This document shows positions 54,725 to 64,000 of a stretch of DNA of 64,000 nucleotides, piece by piece. The notes below the pieces were generated by a model. It had not been told where the DNA came from and did not search any database. It saw only the letters and a program-made list of their open reading frames with translations. The DNA is from Paraspadella gotoi (taxonomy: Eukaryota > Animalia > Chaetognatha): positions 6,396,541 to 6,460,540 of the forward strand of contig CM119269.1 in assembly GCA_051294375.1 (NCBI GenBank). Reading direction: 5' to 3'. How positions within the stretch are numbered: position 1 is the first letter of the stretch; every line of letters starts with the position of its first letter. Both the position numbers and the translations under genes were made by a program.

Positions 54725-54757
54725 ACATTAACAACTTTTTTAGAGACATAAGTTAGG

Positions 54758-54827
<70 letters not shown>

Positions 54828-55199
54828 GTGAGAGAGAGAGAAAGAGTTTCCGACAAAGAATTGAGTAAAGGATAGTGGTCAGATCTGAGGACAGGTGAAG
54901 ATAAGGACAGGGAAGAAGAAGAAGTAAGTATTGTGAAAAGGTGAAAATGAGAGTTTGGGAGAGTGGGAGAGAGAAAGAGAGAAAAAAGAATCAATACATT
55001 AAACAATTTACAACAAAGTTAAATAAGTAGACTTGGAAATATTAACTAAAGTTAGGGTAGTCTGGTGATTTTTTATTTTTATTAAGAAATTTTTTTTCAC
55101 GTGCTGTCTTGCGCGCTCTCTCTCTCTCTTTCTCTTTTTCTCTCACTCTATCACCCTATAACCATTAAGTTACATGTATGCTATCAAGTATCTTATTAC

Positions 55200-56243
55200 C
55201 TGTCATTCGGAACTGACATACATAGTTATTCTTTAGTATGCAATTGAAATCATCCCAATAATTTTCTTCATATTTCCAAATCTGGACGCAATGTTGCTGT
55301 CCATCGTAATTATTTGGTTCCCCCGGAGCCCAGTTTGTGTATGAGCAGCTCTGTTTATCAATCGTTTCAAATATTCTTTCTTTTTCCATGTCATTGCAAT
55401 TTCCAAATTCTTTTTGTGTCAAAGTATGAGCCAACAATGTCATTAGTTGTTTTGTCATCGATTATTGCCAGAACGGCGCCATCCTTCTGACATATGTCTA
55501 CGGCCTCTTGCCAAGTTGCTTTGGCCTCCGACTTCTTGTAAAAGTGGCCATCATTACGAAATTCATAGCCTTTTGGTATTTGGCAATCTGGAAGAGAATA
55601 GGAGGGGATGTGATTGCGCTCTCTCTCTCTTTCTCTTTTTCTCTATCTCTATCACCCTAATCCCATTAAATTACATGTATGCTATCAAGTATCTTATTAC
55701 CTGTCATTCGGAACTGACATACATAGTTATTAATTTTTAGGCAATTGAAATCGTCCCAATAATTTTTTTCATCTTTCCAAATCTGGACGCAATGTTGCAT
55801 CCCATCGTAATTATTTGGTTCCCCCGGAGCCCAGTTTGTGTATGAGCATCTCTGTTTATCAATCGTTTCAAATATTCTCTCTTTTTCCATGTCATTGCAA
55901 TTAATCCAAATTCTTTTTGTGTCAAAGTATGAGCCAACGATGTCATTAGTTGTTTTGTCATTGATTATTGCCAGAACGGCGCCTTCCTTCTGACATATGT
56001 CTACAGCCTCTTGCCAAGTTGCTTTGGCCTCCGACTTCTTGTAAAAGAGGCCATCATTACGAAATTCGTAGCCTTTTGGTATTTGGCAAGCTGGAAGAGA
56101 AGAGGAGGGGTGTGATCGAGCTCTCTCTCTCTATCTCCCTCTCTTTCTCTCGCTCTTTATCAATTTGAAATGCCAAATAAATACTGACCTTCATTAACGT
56201 CGAAACGTAATGTCGCCGTCAAGATGCAGAGAAGAATAAACAT
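55200..56243 (-). CDS. Secreted C-type lectin; signal exon 56243-56189, CTLD exon 56090-55701, duplicated CTLD exon 55587-55200 (frameshifted)
   Basis: MFILLCILTATLRFDVNE then phase-1 splice to ACQIPKGYEF..TWQEAVDICQKEGAVLAII..IWINCND..YTNWAPGEPNNYDGMQHCVQIW..WDDFNC..NYVCQ. The EPN motif and CTLD cysteines are present. The second exon is 388 nt versus 390 nt. Confidence 0.92.
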
Positions 56244-56839
56244 CTTTTCTTTTTAAAAATTTTTTGTCTTGAATTTTTTATTTCTCTTGTGTATCGTCTT
56301 GCTTTTTCCTTTTGCTTTTATAGTTTTGTGAAATGGAAACATAATAAATATGATAATCAATATATCGACGAAATTGTATTCAAACTTCTATTATTTTTTT
56401 AAATAAGTTTTAAAAGTTTTTATTTATTTCAATAACTTTTCCATTAAGTTTTATTGTTTTTATTTCTAGATCTCATTTTTACTTGAAATTTTTTTCTTCA
56501 TTCACTTTGTTGGCCCCTCTCTAGTTTAAGACCCTGTTTAAAGTTGGAAAGTAACTTTCTTAAAAGTCGAATTTTGCAGGATATGAAATAGATAGTTTCC
56601 CCGAGTTATATCCTAATAATGATAGAAAGATTTCCCAACCTTAGCCTAAGGCTTAGGTTACTATATATGACATATCCTAATCCAGAAAAATATTTTTATT
56701 TTCTATATAAATTAACTAACAAAAGTAGAAAACTTCTCCATTCTATCAATTGCTCATTTAAACAGGTTTAAACTGACCGGGAATATTCAGTATATTCACT
56801 GGAACATGTCGGTAGATCATAGGATTTTGAGCGATTTTT

Positions 56840-58626
56840 AGTCGGATCTGCTTATCAGAAGATTCCGACTCTATAATTAACTTTGTCCGTCCGTCGGTCC
56901 ACCCCAAAAATCTTATTGGTAAATCATTTTTATCATATCAAAACATCGAATTATGATAAATTATGCAAAAATAATGTCCGTCCGACTGTCCGTCCCCACT
57001 TAGCATTAAACTCCAATTACTCGTGATTGGATTGATGGAAATGAGTTTAAATAGAAAATCAAAAGTCATATTTACTTAAAGCATTTCTTATCTCGCCTGA
57101 CGGGTCAAAGCCCGTTTTGGCGATTTAAAGCAAAGGCAAGGCTTCTTTGTGACGTCGTCGTCGTCGTTGTCGTCGGCTTCACGCTTTTTTATCATCATGG
57201 CTATTGAAAGTGTGATATCATAGGGAGTTGAAAATTTATATATGGCTTCTAATCATCAAGATCTTTGAAATTGTCATGTTTCATATCAATATTCGTATTT
57301 GTTTATGTTTTATTTACCAAAACAAAAACGTTTTAATTATATGTCGCTCTCTCTTTCTCTCTCTCTTTTAGTTATATGTCGCTCTCTCTCTCTCTCTCTT
57401 TTTCTCCGTCACTTCTTCTTCTGATTTGTTTAAAAACGAGTTCCGGCTCTGCAGCGTCTGTCCAGCTTCTTTTTCTCTCTCTCTCTCTCTCTCTCTCTAA
57501 AAAAAAAAAATTATACTTATTCTCAAAATTTTTATATTTTTAAGTATACTTTCAATGTACCAAAAATTTCTTTAATGGCTCTATAGCCAAATATTTATTT
57601 TTTAATATTTATTTATAGAAAGGAAAGGAGTTCGACCCTATTCAGATTCGTCAAAAAACGAGTTCAGCTCTGCAGCGGCGGTCCAGCGGCTGTCCAGCTT
57701 CTCTCTATCTTTTTATCTCTCTCTATCTCTCAATCTCTCTCTCTCTCTTGCTCTGATTATTTTTTTCCTTCTAAAAACTTTTATTATCGCCATTTAATCC
57801 GCGTTTTTTCTCAATACAAAATCCCAAATTTACATCCGAGATTTTAGTGGATTTATTTTACGGCTCTGAGATTTAGCCTGTCTCTCACTCACTCTCTTAC
57901 TCTCAATCATACACGCGTTTGTTCGTTATTCTGATTTTGGATCACTTTAACTTCTTTGTGACATCGTCGTCGTCGTTGTCTGCGTCTGCTTCGGCGTCAC
58001 GCTTTTGTGTGTGGGTAGGAAAGTATGTGATTATGCTGGATTTAAATTTTTGATGGAATCGTAGGAGTGTAAAAGAGTTTAAAATAGAAAACCAAAAGAC
58101 ACATTTATTTTAATTTTTAAAATTTCTTTCTATTTCTCTCTGATTGATTGAATGATTGATTAATTGAATGGTTGATTGATAGATTAAATGATTAATTGAC
58201 TGAATGGTTGATTGACCAAATTATGCCAGTTGAGCAAATTACGTCAATTGATCAAATTATGTCAGTTGACCAAATTATTCCAGTTGACCAAATAATGAGG
58301 CTGGACACATTAAGCAAGTTTAAATCAAAATTATGCCAGTTGACCAAATTATGGCAGTTGACCAAATTATATCATTTGACAAAATTATGTCAGTTGAACA
58401 AATTATGTTAGTTGCTTAAATTATGCAAGTTGATTAAATTATGAAAGTTTATGATTGATAGATCAATTGATTTATAGATTTTTTTCATAGATTTATCAAG
58501 AAGTCTGTTATGATTTGTTATAATCACAAATTGAGAGTCAGAAAAATTACCATGATTTATCATCGGATGAGCTTATTGCCGCTTAATTATCGTAGACAGA
58601 TCCGACATTGTTTGCTCGAACTTGTT
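56840..58626 (+). mobile_element. HINE family 1, complete copy with a nested second element (~57088-58005)
   Basis: Both termini present; internal cargo begins with a different hairpin and a (GTC)n tract. Confidence 0.83.
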
Positions 58627-59114
58627 TCCTTTTCGCTTTCGCCAATAGGCGTTTGTTCATCGACTCGAATCAAACATTCGCGTCATAATTTCCTCGGATG
58701 AGAAAAAGAGTTTGAGTTCGAATGAATAACGGGCGTGGTATGGCAGTGACGTAGACGGCAATGGCACTGACGGCGGTGTGATGGAAAGAGCGGAGGCGGT
58801 AGTGGCAGTGATATCGTTAATGGTAACGGCGTTGGAGTTAACGGCGATAACCGTCGTCTGTTGACATTGTAACTTTCTCTGAAGTAGAGAATATCTTTGT
58901 AACTAAATTCACTTGAAAAATTAAAAGTTTCTTCGTACAAAAATCGAATCTAAAATTGTTGAGGTAATTCAATCAATTTCAAAGTACTATGCGCACTGTG
59001 CCGTTTCTGCACAATGAATCGACAAAGTTACGCGTTACACGTCGTCTTTGCTTTCGACCTAATTTTACCCAATTCCCATTTAAAAAAAAAAAAACTTTTA
59101 TAAAAACCTTTAAA

Positions 59115-60258
59115 AACAAGTTTGAGCAAACAATGTCGGATCTGCCTACAAAAATTAATTAATTAATTAATTAATCGATTAATTAATTAATTAATTTTAA
59201 TATTTAATAATTAATTATAAATTTATATACAGCTTATCATCATCGATGTCCTTAAAGTAAATGTGACTTATATTTTTTCCATTTAAACTCATTTCCACTG
59301 GCACTATTCCGTCAAAACTTTATATCTAGCTTCTTCACAAACTTTCCTTCCCGCTCACAAAATTTCATCTCAATCTATTATGGGTTAAAATAAGTAAAAA
59401 GAGTCAAGTAAATGTGACTCATATTTTTTTCATTTAAACTCATTTCCACTCGTACCGAAACTTTATATAAAGCTTCGTCACACATTTTCCTACCCACACA
59501 CAAAATTTGAACTCAATCTATCCATCCAGTTATGATTAATTAGAGTATTTATTGGTTAAAATAAGTAAAAAGATTTTAGTAAATGCGACTTATGTTTTTT
59601 CCATTTAAACTCATATCCACTCACACGATTCCGTCGAAACTTTATATCCAGCTTCATCACACATGTTCCTACCCATACACAAAATTTCATTTTGACCCAA
59701 CCAGCCAATCACGAGTTATTGGGGCTTTTTGCTAAGGTGGGACGGATGGACGGATTTATTGACTAATTAATTAATTAATTAGTGATTAATTAATTGATTA
59801 ATTGATTAATTAACTGATTAATTATTTGATTTATTAATACATCCTGCATATACATTTAATATAAAAGGAAAAAAATCATAATCAATTAGTGAAACAGGTT
59901 TTTTTTTTTTCCGTTTAAACTCATTTCCACTCAAACGATTCCATCGAAACTTGGTTTCCTGTTCATAGAACAGTGTTCAATCACACACTTTCTTTCCCAC
60001 ACACAAAATTTTATTCAAATCCATCCATCCAATCACGAGTAATTGGTGTTTTTTGCTAAGGTGGGACGGACGGACGGGGGGACGGACGGACGGACAGACA
60101 GAAAGACGGACGGACGGACATAATTTTTTTTGCATAATTTATCATAATTCGATGTTGTGACATAATATAAGTTAGTGCCCGATAATATTGAGGGGGCGGA
60201 CCGACGGACCGACAAAGTGAATTATAGAGTCGGGATCTGCTGATAAGCAGATCCGACT
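59115..60258 (-). mobile_element. HINE family 1, complete copy with 4-5 central repeat units
   Basis: Both termini; A-runs on both flanks. Confidence 0.88.
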
Positions 60259-60331
60259 AAAATAAAACCTTAAATTCTCATCTTCTTCTACTTCAATCTC
60301 GGCAGAAATTCCGGCGTCGATCTGCAATTAA

Positions 60332-60363
<32 letters not shown>

Positions 60364-61318
60364 TGCCGTTAACGTCGTTAACGCTCGATTCTTCCTCCTG
60401 TTTTATTCAAATCTGCGGAGAACGAAAGTCGAGAACCGTCTGGGCGGAGGATGCGGAAGTTTTTATATTTTAATTTTTTATCTTATTAGCTAATTTAATT
60501 TTGAATTAAATTTGATTTATTTTTGGCATATGGTAAATTTACATTGTGGATTGAACAAAGCAGATGAAAAATAATTAAGGTTTATATTGCTTATGTTTTA
60601 TATTCTAATCATATTCTAACTTAGCGAGATGCAACTAGACTCGAACGCATTTGCAATCTTTGATTTCCTCTCTCTCATCCAGATTTCTTATTTCTCCGAC
60701 TAAAGGCCTTGAAATCCATTGCCTCCGCCCTCGTCGCCGCCGTCGCTGCTGCTGCTGCTGCTGCTACCGCCACCGCCTCCGCCGGCGCCTCGCCCGCTCT
60801 TTATCCTCCCGCAACAATTTTCTTCTTCTTCAAAGGTTAATCTTCATTTTGTCTTTCCGTCATTTTTCTCTCTTTCGAAATTCTTCCATCTTTTCTCTCA
60901 AACTCCATGTCCGCCCACACTCAAAAATCCGGCCATGTTTTCCGAATATGCCCCCTTTTCAATCTCAATTGATTCGAGTTAGGGATTAAGGATTAGGGTT
61001 TAAGATTAAGTTAAGATTAAGTTTTAGGGTTAGGGATTTCGTTAAATATTTGATTAAAAAAATATTTTTATTAAAATTAAGTTCTGAGATTAAGAACAGT
61101 GAGGGGTCGCTTTTCGATTATAGTGCCTAAAATCCCTCCCATCCGTTATAGATGTAAAAATAGATCTCCGCTCCAACTTATGATTTTTTTCCACTTTTTT
61201 TTTTCAAACTCATTTTACTTTTTTTCTCAATAAGATTCTCTCATCTATCTAATTACTCTCCAATAAATACTTTTATTAAGAACATCATTTTCAAAGTCTA
61301 TTTCTATTGAAAGCTATT

Positions 61319-61383
<65 letters not shown>

Positions 61384-62316
61384 TCTCACACACACACATT
61401 TCCTCTTCTCTCATCCTGGGAAACAGAAACTCATTCACCACCTCCATCTTAACTTAAACCATTACAAGTACAAGCTCTTCCCCCTTTGACTTAACTCTGC
61501 CTTTAAAACAAAAACAACAACAACAACAATAACGTAAAACAACTAAACCTACAACTATAAAAAAAACATCATAAAGACGTTAACAAAAATTACCAAAACA
61601 ACAACAACAACAACAAAAAAAAAACAATAACAAAAACAACAACAAAAAACGTTCCCCAGTTTCGACCACTCTCGTCCGCGAATCGCGATCTCAAGCCTCT
61701 CCACACACAACTCTCTCTCTGCACGCAGCTTCGGCGTTTGAAGGAAGTGAGAAGGGAATCGGGTGAGGAAGGGGGGGGAAAGGAAGGCTTAAGGCTACGA
61801 GGGTGAGGGGGAACGCGAAGAGAGGAAGAGGCTCTGGGGGTTGGCAGAGTGGGATCAGGGGGGGGGAAGAGAGATTGGTTACCCCGGATGCCTTAATGGC
61901 CGTCGATGTAAGAAGAAACGTCGTCGTCGTTGTCGTCGTCGTCGTCGTTGCTTCTCGCCACAAATTCACTCGACAATTTTAAATGTTAACAATGTTAATA
62001 AAAAATTCATACGGAAATTTAATAACAGAATCTTTATGGAAGCAAATTTAAAACATTTATCGCGACTTTTTTATTTTCGATATTTTTAAGGCCTCCGCTG
62101 CCGCGGCTGCTGCGGCCGACGCGGCTGCCGCTACTGCCGATGCTGCCGCTGCTGCCGCCGCCGCTGCCGCCGCTGCCGCCGCTGCCGCCGCTGCCGCTAC
62201 CGCGTAACTTTAAACTTGAGTTTAATTTTTTTTTTTGGGTCTTTTGTTTAATTTCTTCGGTCCTCTTTCAAATTGTCTGCTGATTTTTGATTTTTTTCTT
62301 AAATCCGTTTTATCTT

Positions 62317-62360
<44 letters not shown>

Positions 62361-62441
62361 TCTCTCTCTCTTTCCTCATTTTTATTCCACTTTTTTTAGA
62401 ATATTTTTTGATTTTTTTTTGCTATAAATCCGTTTTATCTT

Positions 62442-62489
<48 letters not shown>

Positions 62490-64000
62490 ATTTTTTAATT
62501 TTCTTTTTTCTTTTCTTTTTACATGGTCTTTGATATTTCTTTTCTCTCTCCTCTTCCTCCTTTCATGATTTTCCTTCCCAATTTTATTATGTCCTTTTTT
62601 TTTCTTTCCTTCGACCAAAATGTCTCCCATTTTGATCAAAAAGGAAAAAAAATCGATAATAACTAGTAGAAATGTGAAATGTGGAAGAGTTTGAGAGAGA
62701 CTGAGAGAGACTGAGAGAGACAGAGATAGAGAGTGGGGGAGAGAAGGAGGGGAGAAGAAATGGTAGGAGGAAGTAGTGGGAGAGACAGAGAGATTTAGAA
62801 ATAGAGAGAGAGATAGAGAGAGAGAGAGAAACCCCGCCCACCGGAGCCAAACCAACTTTTTTACGACCTGCCGACCTCTCCAGAGCCGCGACAGACCACA
62901 GCCGGCGCCCGATCGACATTTTACGGGCGCCCGACCAACAATTTCCGGGCGCCCGACTTATCCCTTTCGCTTATGGCGCTCGTACAGACATCTTGCGGCG
63001 CCGCGATGACGTCCACACCCAGGAAAATTGACGCCGGTTTTCTGCGACGCCGTCGGGGAAAACGTTTCGACGCCAGGTGGGCGTGGCTGGAAGCGCGTGG
63101 GAGGAGAGGGAGGTAAGGGGGGGGTAAGGTAAGGTCGAAAGAGAGGAGAAGGGAGGAAGGCAGGTCAGGTCAGAAAGGTGAGAGTTAGACAAGTGGTAGA
63201 TAGGTTTGCTCTAGAAAAGAGAATTGAATGAGAAAGAGAGAGGGGGGGAATACCGTAATGAGTTGGGTCTAGACAAGCGGGGAAAAGGGTTAGAGATGGG
63301 GTTAGAGATGGGGTTAGAGATGGGACTAAGGAATTATGAAGAGAAGGATAAAGGAATGACTTATTTTGGGGTTTGGGAACTAGAGGACCAAAGTTTGACG
63401 AGTGAATCATTGAAGGCCACATTTTCCAAAAGTGCCCTATTTTAGCTTAAAATCAGAATTAAGTAAGTTTACGGATTTGGTTAGATTAGGGATTAAGGTT
63501 AAGAATTTGCTTAGGGAATGGTTGGAGATTTGGTTAAATTGGTTTTGGTTTTGGTTATGTGGTAAGAGATTAGGGTTAAATATTTGGGTTCAATCAAATT
63601 CAGGGATTTGGAACAGACATCGGGCGCTTTGGGAAAATTGTGCCCGATTTTGAAATGGNNNNNNNNNNNNNNNNNNNNNNNNNNNNNNNNNNNNNNNNNN
63701 NNNNNNNNNNNNNNNNNNNNNNNNNNNNNNNNNNNNNNNNNNNNNNNNNNNNNNNNNNNNNNNNNNNNNNNNNNNNNNNNNNNNNNNNNNNNNTGTTGTT
63801 GTTGTTGTAGACTCGAGAGCCTGTTTTATGTCGCAATGTTTTTTTTTACCTTCGGCTTTCGAGGAAAACGAGTTGTACTATCTCTTCCCTTCTTCCTATC
63901 ATCACTCTAACTCCCCCCCCGCCGGCCCGCCTGCCTCCCCCCTTCAAAAGTTTTTTTTTAGCGACTTATTATCTTCTTGGACATGGAAAAGTCTTCTGCC

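Noticed and set aside
60975-61040. TTAGGG-like motifs (also ~63285-63580) as interstitial telomere
   Set aside because: Few, degenerate and non-tandem units; consistent with low-complexity sequence.

Overview
AT-rich, microsatellite-dense eukaryotic DNA from an invertebrate-like genome, with scaffold gaps and two stretches of indel-rich (raw-read-like) sequence. Most six-frame ORFs are microsatellite noise; the real genes are spliced and were rebuilt by hand. (1) An intact two-exon mu-class glutathione S-transferase (13903-14713, minus), an indel-riddled twin, and an inverted 5'-truncated pseudogene decayed at CpG sites. (2) Four exons of a Dpr/zwei-Ig-like immunoglobulin-domain gene, present twice, plus an orphan signal-peptide exon at 40156-40279. 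(3) A five-exon gene for an unnamed domain (FNGTGS..NWF / RNFYINHY..C / PFFGYS motifs), present in two damaged copies. (4) A secreted EPN-type C-type lectin with a tandemly duplicated domain exon. Repeats are dominated by a non-autonomous Helentron/DINE-1-like family (about 12 copies or fragments) carrying nested cargo. Also present are TA-flanked MITEs, two probable solo LTRs (one fused to a 43-nt copy of mature tRNA-Leu including CCA), a tRNA-headed SINE, a short element with three filled/empty site pairs, and degenerate hammerhead-like and twister-like motifs. Two tandem duplications flank N gaps and may be assembly artefacts. All family assignments are by motif recognition; no database search was run.
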